Below, piece by piece: positions 1 through 9,255 of a stretch of 64,000 nt of DNA (positions within the stretch are counted from its first letter, which is position 1; the number at the start of each line of letters is the position of its first letter). The stretch is taken from contig JAMCUN010000009.1 of assembly GCA_023381415.1 (NCBI GenBank), positions 26,616 to 90,615 on the forward strand. The letters run 5' to 3'. Source of the DNA: Thermoplasmatota archaeon (GTDB taxonomy: Archaea > Thermoplasmatota > Thermoplasmata > Thermoplasmatales > GCA-001856825). The notes beneath the pieces are model-generated. The model saw only the letters and a list, made by a program, of their open reading frames with translations, did not search any database and was not told the origin of the DNA. Both the position numbers and the translations under genes were made by a program.

Positions 1-45
1 GTTGACACATAGCTGATTGGTTGGTAGCCCAAAAAATAAATAGAT

Positions 46-1401
46 TCAACTGTCCCTTCCCTTCACGACTATCCTCAGACCCTTCCAGCTTACCTTGAAG
101 CCAGCGGCACGCAACCCCTCCTCAGGTGGGATACCCATGAAGTCTAGGTAATCCACCATTGCATTATCATCAGGGTAGAGAGAGTTGAGGTGAGATATCA
201 TCTGGTCTGTTAGCCTGACTGGTGTTACATTGCTTTCATTTGAAATGGACTGTCTGCCAATTGGGCCTGATGGTCTCTGTTTCTCCACTGAATACTTCTG
301 AGCTATGTATTCCCTAACTCTCCACCAATCCACACTTTCCCTGAAGCACATCGCACCCTTTGGACACTTTTCCTTCCCCTCCAGCAGGCAGAACAACTCC
401 GCCTTGATTCCGGATACAGAAATCTGCCTTGCCTTAAGAAGTTCGTCGCCGTAGTATATGAGCGGTGAGATGAATACTGGTACTTCCTTCCCTTCTATAC
501 TTATGGAATAGTCAGGTGTTATGAAGCCACCATCTACGTCAATTGATTTGGGATTCCTGTTCACGAATGAAGGGAGCTGTTCCTCTGGGACTTTCTCTCC
601 TGATGTAAGATCTGATACCGATTCATCAAGATGGTAGAGGAATTCATCCTTTTCCTTTTTCCCTGTGCTGCTCTTCAGGGAGATGGATGCATTGATCTCC
701 CAGTCGTCGTGGGTGAGCACATATCTCACAAAAAGTGCTAGCTTCACACCGTACCTCTCGCTCTTCTCGAATATAGATACAGGACCGTTCACTCTTATGA
801 TGTGCGTCTGAGCATCCATTCTCTCTTCGTAGAGCAGCCCCTTTGACCTTATGCTCCTTATGAAATCGTTGGAATGCGTTGTGGTCGATACTTCTATCCA
901 CAGCGATTTCATGATCACGGTTTCTATCTGTTCAGAGTTGTATTTCTTTGAAAGGATGTCGGATGGTGCATCGAACGGCTTGACAAGGATGAGGTTGCTC
1001 TCCTTGTCCCCATATATTGCCTCGTCCACTTCTTTTGGGGTTGAATTCATCTGTGATGCTATTCTCTCCATTATTTCTTCCCTCTCTTCAGGGTTCACCA
1101 CAGGGTTCCTTGCTATGGAGAATATAGTCTTTCTTACCACCTCTGAATCAAGTGGAGATGGTTTCACGAATTCAGAGGAACGGAACATTATGAGCGCAAG
1201 ACCCCTGAGTATCTTTGGGTTCTGCACCTTCAACTCCATCGTCTTAAGTTCTTCTTCAATTTCACCCCTGCTCTTACCTATGCTCTTTGAGAATAATTCA
1301 ATTATAGAGGAACAGTAGTCGCTGTTCTCCTCAGTAAGGAATATCGACCTCAAGGTTCCCTTTTTGCTCCTCCTAACTGACATCAGCTGAGTCGGGAACA
1401 C
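46..1401 (-). CDS. bax1: DUF790/Bax1 endonuclease, partner of XPB
   Basis: N-terminus (V)FPTQL.VRR..G, YGD..N, YN.EQIET and V.GPVSIFEKSERYG match DUF790. GTG at 1401 follows a GGAGGAAGG SD. Overlaps the end of xpb. Confidence 0.85.
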   Translation of the reverse strand: MFPTQLMSVRRSKKGTLRSIFLTEENSDYCSSIIELFSKSIGKSRGEIEEELKTMELKVQNPKILRGLALIMFRSSEFVKPSPLDSEVVRKTIFSIARNPVVNPEEREEIMERIASQMNSTPKEVDEAIYGDKESNLILVKPFDAPSDILSKKYNSEQIETVIMKSLWIEVSTTTHSNDFIRSIRSKGLLYEERMDAQTHIIRVNGPVSIFEKSERYGVKLALFVRYVLTHDDWEINASISLKSSTGKKEKDEFLYHLDESVSDLTSGEKVPEEQLPSFVNRNPKSIDVDGGFITPDYSISIEGKEVPVFISPLIYYGDELLKARQISVSGIKAELFCLLEGKEKCPKGAMCFRESVDWWRVREYIAQKYSVEKQRPSGPIGRQSISNESNVTPVRLTDQMISHLNSLYPDDNAMVDYLDFMGIPPEEGLRAAGFKVSWKGLRIVVKGRDS

Positions 1402-2710
1402 CCTTCCTCCTCCTTCTTGAAGTGGCAAACTCGCTCGTACCTCTTGCGACTATTTCGTACAGTATGGCTTTCTTGCCTGAAGATGGCCGAAGAAGCCTTC
1501 CTAGCCTCTGCCTGAACTGCCTTGTTGAACCTGAACCGCTGAGTATTATGCCCACTGATGCATCCGGTACGTCCACCCCCTCGTCCAGTACTCTGGAAGT
1601 GGCTATAGAAGTGACGTCACCCCTCCTGAACATATCCAGATATTCTTTCCTCTCAGGTCCTGGGGTGAGATATGTAATGCATGGCATGAGGAATTCTTTT
1701 GATATCAGGTAGGATGTGTTTGTATCTTCAGAGAATATTATCGTCTTCTCTCCCTTATGCTTTGACAGGACGTATCTCACCGTATCTATTTTAACTCTTG
1801 AATTGAATGCTATCGACCTTGCCTTCCTCCACGCTATGAGTGCTTCCCTTCCCTCAGGATTCCATGATGACAAGATGAACCTCTCGAAGTCCCACGGACC
1901 TCTCATCCTCATCCTGTGCTTCCTCAGGTAATTGAGGAACAAATTGTGATTCCTGTCATATTCCTCTTCCTCCTCCTGCTCAAGTTCTACTGGAATCCTT
2001 ATAATCTCGTAATCAGCCAGGAATTCAGTAAGCTCTTCATAACCAAGTTCGAACACCTTTCCTCCCATGAACTGCTTGAGTCTTTCATGGAGCATGTCCG
2101 TCCGTTCATAAGTTGCGGTGAGACCCATCCTGTATGGAGAGGCATACATTCTGGCTATCTCCACGAATCGTTCCGCCGCGAGATGGTGCACCTCGTCCAC
2201 CAGAAGGAATTTGAACCTGTTTCCAAGCTTCTCTGCCATGAGGTATGCAGAATCGTATGTGCTTACAGACACATCCAGTATCTCCTTCTCCCCTCCTCCA
2301 ATCTGTCCAACATCTATGTTGAACGTCTTCTTCAGCTTCTCTCTCCACTGCTGAACAAGCTCTATCGTTGGTGCTATCACAAGGGTGGATGTTGATAGCC
2401 TCGACATCGCCTCCATCCCTATGTGCGTCTTCCCTGCTGCAGTGGGAAGGACGACAACTCCCTGAAATGAATTGGAAGACCACAGATCAACAGCCCTCTT
2501 CTGGTACGACCTCAGTTTCTCCTGATGGTTCAGCTCAGTCTTCCTTTCCTTGAAAACATCATCTTCGGCATCAGGGAAATCAACCTTGAGTCTGGAATAA
2601 AGGTATCCTTCTGTCCGGTAAGAACCGGTCCTCCTGTCGAATGTTGTGTAGTCCGGGACTGAGGTAGGGTCCTTGATTGTTATCGTACCTCCTTCGTAGC
2701 TTATATGCAT
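1373..2710 (-). CDS. xpb: XPB/Rad25-like SF2 DNA helicase
   Basis: LRSYQ Q motif, LPTAAGKT, DEVHH, LTAT.ER, LDEGVDVP, QRLGRLLR. Confidence 0.93.
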   Translation of the reverse strand: MHISYEGGTITIKDPTSVPDYTTFDRRTGSYRTEGYLYSRLKVDFPDAEDDVFKERKTELNHQEKLRSYQKRAVDLWSSNSFQGVVVLPTAAGKTHIGMEAMSRLSTSTLVIAPTIELVQQWREKLKKTFNIDVGQIGGGEKEILDVSVSTYDSAYLMAEKLGNRFKFLLVDEVHHLAAERFVEIARMYASPYRMGLTATYERTDMLHERLKQFMGGKVFELGYEELTEFLADYEIIRIPVELEQEEEEEYDRNHNLFLNYLRKHRMRMRGPWDFERFILSSWNPEGREALIAWRKARSIAFNSRVKIDTVRYVLSKHKGEKTIIFSEDTNTSYLISKEFLMPCITYLTPGPERKEYLDMFRRGDVTSIATSRVLDEGVDVPDASVGIILSGSGSTRQFRQRLGRLLRPSSGKKAILYEIVARGTSEFATSRRRRKGVPDSADVS

Positions 2711-2847
2711 CTTCTTAGAATATCTTCTAGAATCTATTTAAGGGTTGCTGGGTTGAATAAAGCCACAGAACTTTGACCCCCTTCAGATACTATTGCAAGT
2801 TTAGTTGTTTGCCCTTCACTTAATTGAAACGGGATACTTTCAAAAAT

Positions 2848-3452
2848 TCATCTCCTGAATCTTGGATCAGTTACATCTCTCAAACCGTCCCCTAGCAAAT
2901 TCAAGCTTACCACCAAAATCAGTATTGTAAATCCTGGTATTAGGACAGTCCACCAGTACTTTGTGAGAGCGGGAGTACCTCCTCCAAGATCCTTAGCTAG
3001 CCCGATCAGGTTCCACCACTCAAGTGTCGAATAGCCTGCAAAACCGACACCGAAATAGAATAGAGCGGCAATTGTAAGAATGACATTGCCAAAGTCAAGC
3101 GATATTTGCACGAATATTGGATAGATCGAATTCGGAATTATGTGCTTCAAAACAGTCCTCAGAGGAGAAGATCCTGAAGCTACTGATGCCTCTACATATT
3201 TCAACTCCCTTACTGAAAGGACTTGCCCCCTCACAATCCTTGTGTATGTGGGCCACCATACCACTACTAGGGCTATTATCATTACCGTCAGGTTGCGACC
3301 GAACACTGTAAGAAAGGCAATTGCTAGCACTAGAAAAGGAACAGAGAGGAACATGTCTGTGATTCTCATTATCACGTCTCCAATAATCCCACCTTTGTAC
3401 CCGGCCACGCTTCCCAGCAACACTCCAACAAGCGCGCCGCTGATGGATTCCG
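2848..3452 (-). pseudogene. 5'-truncated DppC/OppC peptide ABC permease remnant
   Basis: GSVAGY.GG..D..IMRITDMFLS.P, EAA loop (YVEASVASG..PLRT..KHIIPN) and NLLGDGLRD..DPR are present. The N-terminus is missing and no other opp genes are nearby. Confidence 0.8.
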
Positions 3453-3487
3453 TAAGTATTAATAGCGGTTTTAACCTAGGCCCGATT

Positions 3488-4138
3488 ATGGCGGACAATT
3501 ACGGGACTGAACCCCAATTAGGTCTGCAGAATAGTGAAGTGATGAATGCCCTTAGAAACATCATGACATTCTCGATTCTGTCGATGGTCGGGTTCCTTAT
3601 AGACCTAGCTGCATTCATAATTACCATCTTCTCATTTGGTGAGATACTATCCAGGATTTCTTCTCCCTCAAGTATCACGACTGCTTTAGGTGCAACCTTT
3701 TTGGCAATAATAGCCACGGTCATATCATCAGCCATTATTCTGGTGGTCTCATTCATATTCCTAAGGTCCGGGTACAAGACACTCAAAGGTGTATCTGAGA
3801 GATTCAGTTCACCTTATACAGGGACAAACCTGTTCTTCATAGGCCTTATACTAACAGTAGTGGGGGCATTGTTAGCGTTAGGAAGCGCGTTAGCAGTATC
3901 CCCTGGATTGATCATTGTCTCACTAGTAATTATATTTGCAGCCATAATAATTGCATTCATCGGACAGATCCTTGGTCTTATCCTTGGTTCGTTCAGGCTG
4001 AAGGATTTCTTCAAGGAATCAACGTTCAGCGCTGCTGGCATACTCTACATTGTCGGAATCTTCTTCGCTATATTCAGCCTGGTAGGCTCAATACTTCTGT
4101 ACGTCGGAACAAAATCAGTCATGAAACGCTTCAAGTAA
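3488..4138 (+). CDS. DUF973-like multi-pass membrane protein
   Basis: About 5-6 TM helices with 'F.AAGILYIVG' pattern. The true start is probably ATG 3488 after TTTTAAC; the ORF-track extension to 3140 is antisense to the oppC remnant. Confidence 0.65.
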   Translation: MADNYGTEPQLGLQNSEVMNALRNIMTFSILSMVGFLIDLAAFIITIFSFGEILSRISSPSSITTALGATFLAIIATVISSAIILVVSFIFLRSGYKTLKGVSERFSSPYTGTNLFFIGLILTVVGALLALGSALAVSPGLIIVSLVIIFAAIIIAFIGQILGLILGSFRLKDFFKESTFSAAGILYIVGIFFAIFSLVGSILLYVGTKSVMKRFK

Positions 4139-4231
4139 ATGGAGATACAGAAGGAGGGTTACTTTTTAAAATATGGTAGAAAAGCGTTTCTCTAATTCTG
4201 CCTCGTTCGTCAGTGTAGATGGTGGGGACAG

Positions 4232-4999
4232 TCAGTTTGAATTCTTTATTCTGTCATCTTGGGACTTTTGATCCTTCCTCAAAACTTGTGCTGCGTAGAC
4301 CGCGTAGTAAACGGATGTGAATGCCAAAATTGCGAAAAGAGCATCCCTGTTAGAGTAATCGTATTTTGGGGATAGTATGTACACTCCATAATAACCTATG
4401 TACTCCAGAAGTGCGTACCTTATCCCGAATCCAAGTGTTGTTGCAGCCATGTAAGGAACAACCCTCATCTTTAGCGTTCCAGCTGCAAAAGCGGCAACCG
4501 AATAGAAGTAAGGTATGAACGTTGCCATGAATATTGAGAAGTTCCCATGATCCAGCAACCATCTCTCTGCTACCTCAATATTCCCCTCCTTGATCCTCAT
4601 TATTGAAAGGACCTTAAGCATGATAGGTCTGGCAGCGAACCGACCCGCCAGATATTCTATTGGTAGTATTGCTCCCGCAAGGGCAACAAAGAAGACTATC
4701 ACGGGGTTGAAGACGTGGATAGAACTCAGGTATCCAAACAGGGGGACTGTTATGAAATCTGGAATGGGAAGGAGACGGAGAATGAACACCCCAACATATC
4801 CTGCCAGAAGGTGTGAATACGGGATTTGTTGATTTGTGGAGTGGTATGACGTTATATTTAAGAACCTGAAATATGCATTTGCGAGGCCTACTGCAGATAT
4901 TGCGGTGAGAGTGAAGCTTACTGTCAGCCCGTAATGCCAGTACTTGCTTCTCTTTACCCTGATCCCGTCAATTGCGCTGAGCCGGCCCTTGACTTGCAA
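4232..4999 (-). CDS. DedA/VTT-domain membrane protein
   Basis: LPIPD....P.FGYL, Y.AGR, AERW...HG..SIF..TFIP..YSVAAFAAG..KM; start uncertain. Confidence 0.75.
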   Translation of the reverse strand: MQVKGRLSAIDGIRVKRSKYWHYGLTVSFTLTAISAVGLANAYFRFLNITSYHSTNQQIPYSHLLAGYVGVFILRLLPIPDFITVPLFGYLSSIHVFNPVIVFFVALAGAILPIEYLAGRFAARPIMLKVLSIMRIKEGNIEVAERWLLDHGNFSIFMATFIPYFYSVAAFAAGTLKMRVVPYMAATTLGFGIRYALLEYIGYYGVYILSPKYDYSNRDALFAILAFTSVYYAVYAAQVLRKDQKSQDDRIKNSN

Positions 5000-5078
5000 G
5001 CTTCAAGTCGCCCCCGCCTATTGATGCCCTCTGGATATAAACGGGTATCTTAGATTGTTTGAACAGCAATTGTTGATT

Positions 5079-7085
5079 TCACCAGATTGTGATTATTCCT
5101 CTTCCAGTTGTCTTAGGATCGCTAGGATGTTTGAAGTTATCACCGAACTTGTAATGTACAACCACAGGTATTTCACCCCTGAATTTCTCTGGAGAATGAG
5201 GATCGTTTGATATCTGCCATTTTACCGATTCTTCCCGCACGTTGGCCCTCCAGCTTTGGGCCCAGCTGATGTAGAACCTTTGCTCAGGCGTAAGACCGTC
5301 TATTTCCCTTCTCAGTTCTGGATTCCTCCCAAGTTTCCTCTGCAATGCTTCGTATGCTATGCTTATCCCTCCAATATCTGCTATATTCTCTCCTAAAGTC
5401 AGTTCTCCATTCACCCGCAGCCCTGGCAGCGCCTCCAGTTCTCCGTAAAGATTCACCACTGTCTTCGCCCTCCTTTCAAACTCTTCTGCATCTTCCTTAG
5501 ACCACCAGTCCTTCAGGTTTCCATCCAGATCATACTTCCTGCCCTCATCGTCAAATCCGTGAGTAATCTCGTGAGCTATGATTCCGCCTGTTGCTCCGTA
5601 GTTCACCGCATCATCCATTGTAGGGTCAAAGAATGGCGGCTGCAGGATCCCAGCTGGAAAGACAATCTCATTCTTTGTTGGCGAAAAGTATGCATTTACC
5701 GTCGGGGGAGTCATCTCCCAAAGTTCCCTGTCCACCGGTTTATTGACCCTCCTGATTTCCCTCTCGAACTCGAATGCGTTACACCTGATTATGTTGCCAA
5801 AGAAATCGTCAGGGGAGATTTTGATGGATGAATAATCGATGAACTTATTCGGATATCCGATCTTGGCCCTGAACTTGCCGAATTTCTCCAATGCTGTCCT
5901 CTTCGTCTTTTCTGACATCCAGTCAAGTTTCGATAGCTTGTCTGAAAAAACCTCCCTGAGATCGTTAACCAGCTCCTCCATCTTAGCCTTCGACTCTTTC
6001 GTGAATTCCCTCTCCACATATAGCTTCCCCAGAGCTTCGCCCAGAAGCATATCTGTCAGCTGTACAACCTGCTTCCACCTCCTCTCTTCCCTCGGCCTTC
6101 CAAATAGCTTCCTTTCATAGAAGTCAAAATATTCTTCCCTCACTTCCTTGCTGAGGAATGGGGAAGCAAAGTGAAGGAGCTTCCAGGTGAGGTACGTCTT
6201 CCAGTCTTCGATCTTGACAGTATCCAGCATCGCCCCAAGGTTCGAAAAGAATTCGGGCTGTCTTATTACTATCTGGTCAACTTGAGGGAGGCCTATTTCT
6301 GAGAAGTATCTCTTGATGCCGAGCCTTGGGACCGCCCTTTCGAGTTCTGTGAACAGGAATCTGTTGTAGTTCCTCTCCGGATCCCTCAGCTCGACGGGAG
6401 TCCTGCTTGACCTGGCAAGTGCCAGTTCAATGCTGAATACTGTTTCAGCTGACCTTTCTGCATTCTCTCTGCTTTGCCCGTAAAGGCTGAAAATGTTTGC
6501 CACGTGCTTTCTGTAATCTTTTCTGATTCTCTCAAATGTATCTAGGAGGTAGTAGTCCCTGTTCGGTAGGGAGAGACCCCCCTGTTCCAGATAATAAGTA
6601 TATAAGGAGCTGTTCTTTTCGTCAGAATCTGATGAGAAAGAAAACATGGCCGGAAGTCCATTATGGTGTAATTTTGATACCACTGGGGCAATGTCGTCCA
6701 CAGTCTCAATGCCCTCTATGATCTCGGCAAAAACCATTATCGACTGGAATTTCAGTTCGTCTATCCTTGCCGTGTCCATTGCTGACAGATAGAATGATCC
6801 AAGCTGCTTACTGATGGGATCATCGTTTTTGTCACTAAACGCACAATCCTCAAGGATCTTCCCCAGGACATATCTGTTCTTGTCCACCAGTTCCATAAAC
6901 GCACTCCACTGCGTCTTGTCCTCGGGGATTGGATGCGTTCTTATCCAGTTTCCATTGCTATAGGTATAGAAGCTATCGTGGGGGAGGACCGATTTATCCA
7001 TATAATCTACTGAAAATCTTGGATTATCCGGCTTCTCGTTTGGCGCAATTTTCTCAATCCGTCCCCTTACATCTTCAAAATTCAT
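5079..7085 (-). CDS. M13 family zinc metalloendopeptidase (PepO/neprilysin-like)
   Basis: VNAYF, FPAGILQPPFF, HEITHGFDD, TLGENIADIGG, DPHSP; no signal peptide. Confidence 0.95.
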   Translation of the reverse strand: MNFEDVRGRIEKIAPNEKPDNPRFSVDYMDKSVLPHDSFYTYSNGNWIRTHPIPEDKTQWSAFMELVDKNRYVLGKILEDCAFSDKNDDPISKQLGSFYLSAMDTARIDELKFQSIMVFAEIIEGIETVDDIAPVVSKLHHNGLPAMFSFSSDSDEKNSSLYTYYLEQGGLSLPNRDYYLLDTFERIRKDYRKHVANIFSLYGQSRENAERSAETVFSIELALARSSRTPVELRDPERNYNRFLFTELERAVPRLGIKRYFSEIGLPQVDQIVIRQPEFFSNLGAMLDTVKIEDWKTYLTWKLLHFASPFLSKEVREEYFDFYERKLFGRPREERRWKQVVQLTDMLLGEALGKLYVEREFTKESKAKMEELVNDLREVFSDKLSKLDWMSEKTKRTALEKFGKFRAKIGYPNKFIDYSSIKISPDDFFGNIIRCNAFEFEREIRRVNKPVDRELWEMTPPTVNAYFSPTKNEIVFPAGILQPPFFDPTMDDAVNYGATGGIIAHEITHGFDDEGRKYDLDGNLKDWWSKEDAEEFERRAKTVVNLYGELEALPGLRVNGELTLGENIADIGGISIAYEALQRKLGRNPELRREIDGLTPEQRFYISWAQSWRANVREESVKWQISNDPHSPEKFRGEIPVVVHYKFGDNFKHPSDPKTTGRGIITIW

Positions 7086-7341
7086 GGAAATTGATTGACT
7101 GATTAGATTAAGTTATTTCTCATGATTCCGCTTTGGGGACTCATTCGCTCAATGTACAAAATTTGACGTTCCATTTATGACTCCGACTTTTCACCCAGCA
7201 ATAATGAACTCTCCAAAAATAGAAGGCGTCTGGAAACAATGGAAACGTTGAGCCTTCCATTTCCAACATCGGAAAAGGAGAATGATAGGTTTTGAATTGC
7301 CCCTACAAAACGCTAATATACTAATTTCGAGTGGAAAAAAC

Positions 7342-7518
7342 ATGGCAGAAGAAGAATCCATCATAGAAAGTTTCATTAGAGCGATAGAAGGAACACAGAG
7401 TTCAGCGGAGTTCAACTTTGACGGCCTGACAGTCAAGCTGTCTGGCACAGTTTCTATAGTTGTTAATGGGAAGGTAACCATAACTGCTCGGCCGGTCCAT
7501 GACAGGGACAAGGCTTAG
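7342..7518 (+). CDS. small hypothetical protein (58 aa)
   Basis: Protein-like composition (acidic helix plus beta strands); overlaps the next ORF. Confidence 0.6.
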   Translation: MAEEESIIESFIRAIEGTQSSAEFNFDGLTVKLSGTVSIVVNGKVTITARPVHDRDKA

Positions 7519-7822
7519 GTACCCACAGCTGGATGGTTCGGCCAGGGTCTTATTGAGCGGGAAGGAGTTCTCAATTCGTTTTGAAGGCAGGGCCATATCC
7601 ATATTGGGGAATGAAGAGAACTACTCGTCGTTAATCCCGAAGCTTCCTTTCAGACTCAGGAACTTAAGTCTTTTGAGAAAAATGTCCAAACAAATTTCTG
7701 ATCTTGAATTTACCCTAAAAGTGGAGGATGAGAAGGGTGTCATGCTATCCTTGGGGAAAGGTGTGATCACTCCTCTGGGTCATTTCTCGTTCAGGCCTAG
7801 AATAAGAAAGTACCTGAAATGA
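7499..7822 (+). CDS. hypothetical protein
   Basis: 107-aa ORF overlapping the upstream small ORF by 20 nt. Confidence 0.55.
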   Translation: MTGTRLRYPQLDGSARVLLSGKEFSIRFEGRAISILGNEENYSSLIPKLPFRLRNLSLLRKMSKQISDLEFTLKVEDEKGVMLSLGKGVITPLGHFSFRPRIRKYLK

Positions 7823-7903
7823 TATAGACTGCTCGTCAAGACACTGCAGGAATGCAGTCTGCTACAGTATCAAAAGATGGAGTGGAATTTGAAAAGCTCG
7901 ATT

Positions 7904-8248
7904 TCAGGATTTTATCGATGGGTTCGCTTCCATCTTTTTGTTCAGTTCACTCGCCAGGGCTTCCTCCGGTATCTTTCTGACAGTATCCCTTAGATAATCA
8001 ATGCCCTCAGGGTAAGAGATGGCGTTCCAGAGGCACGATACCTAACAGTTATTGCAACCGACCATGCAGTTATCCGGATTGAGAACCACTGCCTTTCTTA
8101 AGCTTCTGTCATAGCCGAATACATTCCTCTTTTCACCGCATGTCACAACACACATTCCGCAACCTGTGCACTTTTTAGGATCAACGATTGGATGCCAGTT
8201 TATATCACTCCTGCTCTTTCCATGCCAGGTCGCCAGTTCACTGACCAT
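7904..8248 (-). pseudogene. 2x[4Fe-4S] ferredoxin-like gene interrupted by an in-frame TAG at 8042-8044
   Basis: CTGCGMCVVTC and CMVGCNNC*VSCLWNAISYP; the frame stays open for 45 codons after the TAG, to TGA at 7904-7906. Confidence 0.85.
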
Positions 8249-8639
8249 ATTTTAGCTCACTTCCTTCGTTCACATCGTGATCAGGAAATTTTGACAGCCT
8301 CCCCTCAAGCTCTTGTTTCACTGCAGGGAAGACTTTGTACTTGATTGTAGCTGCTCTGATGAAAGTCTTTGGATCGCATGGAAATGAAATCGCATTTTCT
8401 GGACAGAGTTTACCGCAGGTGGTGCATCCGAGCACACAGTTCTGGGGATTTGCAACCACTGGCCTGTGAGCACCGACGTTCCACTTGAATACGGAGTTTC
8501 CGCAAGTCAGAACACAAATCGAACAACCGCTGCAGGAGTTACTGGATATTTTTGGATACCAGGTCAATTCATCTCTTTTCACGCCGTGCCAAAGCTTCTT
8601 ACCTGACTCGTTGAGATTGGATTGAATACCTGTTGTCAT
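8238..8639 (-). CDS. 2x[4Fe-4S] ferredoxin-family protein
   Basis: CSGCSICVLTC and CVLGCTTCGKLCPENAI. Confidence 0.9.
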   Translation of the reverse strand: MTTGIQSNLNESGKKLWHGVKRDELTWYPKISSNSCSGCSICVLTCGNSVFKWNVGAHRPVVANPQNCVLGCTTCGKLCPENAISFPCDPKTFIRAATIKYKVFPAVKQELEGRLSKFPDHDVNEGSELKYGQ

Positions 8640-8645
8640 ACTTCC

Positions 8646-8662
8646 ATATCATATTATGATAT
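8646..8662. promoter_or_regulatory. perfect inverted repeat ATATCATA-N-TATGATAT, putative repressor operator
   Basis: 8-1-8 palindrome 6 nt upstream of the ferredoxin ATG, abutting a TTAAAA TATA-like element. Confidence 0.6.
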
Positions 8663-8880
8663 TTTAATTTGAGGATTCTAATTCTCACGCCAGAACCCTC
8701 CCCAGCATATTGATAATCCCAACGCTTGTATCTATTGAAATAGAAACGATAAAGCTTGAACCTCAAGAGTGCTCCTAGCCCTTAATTTGAAGTGCTCTCT
8801 TGGTAAGAAATCAGCGCCTGTGCCGTTACCGTCAATGTCCTTGCTCTAAAAATCGATTCATTTTCTTCAATGCAGCTACT

Positions 8881-9255
8881 TCATAATGATACCCGTTTCC
8901 CTGTTCCCCTTGAACTTACTTCCTTCTTCCGACTGGAGTTAGGCGACACTATCTGTCTTACCAGGCTTTCATACCGTGGATTGATGAAATAATAGCTGAA
9001 TTTCCATTCCTCTCTTCTTTTAAGAAGCCCCACTTCATACATCTTCAGAAGATGTGCAGTCGCTGTTGGCTGTGGAAGCCCTAAAGCTGGTTGGAGTTCA
9101 CAGGAACACACGCTTCCGTACTTAGAGATTATATCCAGTATTGCTATCCTGTTTTTGTTTCCCAGCACCCTAAGTATCCTCGAGAAATCTTCATACTTGT
9201 CCGGGTCTACTTCTTCTATCTTCCTCGCGCTGCAGAAGTTTACGTCATCACTCAT
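8881..9255 (-). CDS. arsR: ArsR/SmtB family repressor
   Basis: LG..NRIAIL, VCSCEL metalloid site, PQPTATAHL..M..VGLL..R.EWK..YY; ATGA overlap with the acr3 stop. Confidence 0.88.
   Translation of the reverse strand: MSDDVNFCSARKIEEVDPDKYEDFSRILRVLGNKNRIAILDIISKYGSVCSCELQPALGLPQPTATAHLLKMYEVGLLKRREEWKFSYYFINPRYESLVRQIVSPNSSRKKEVSSRGTGKRVSL

Noticed and set aside
3140..3487. N-terminal extension of the 332-aa + strand ORF
   Set aside because: It is the antisense of the oppC remnant; the real gene starts at ATG 3488
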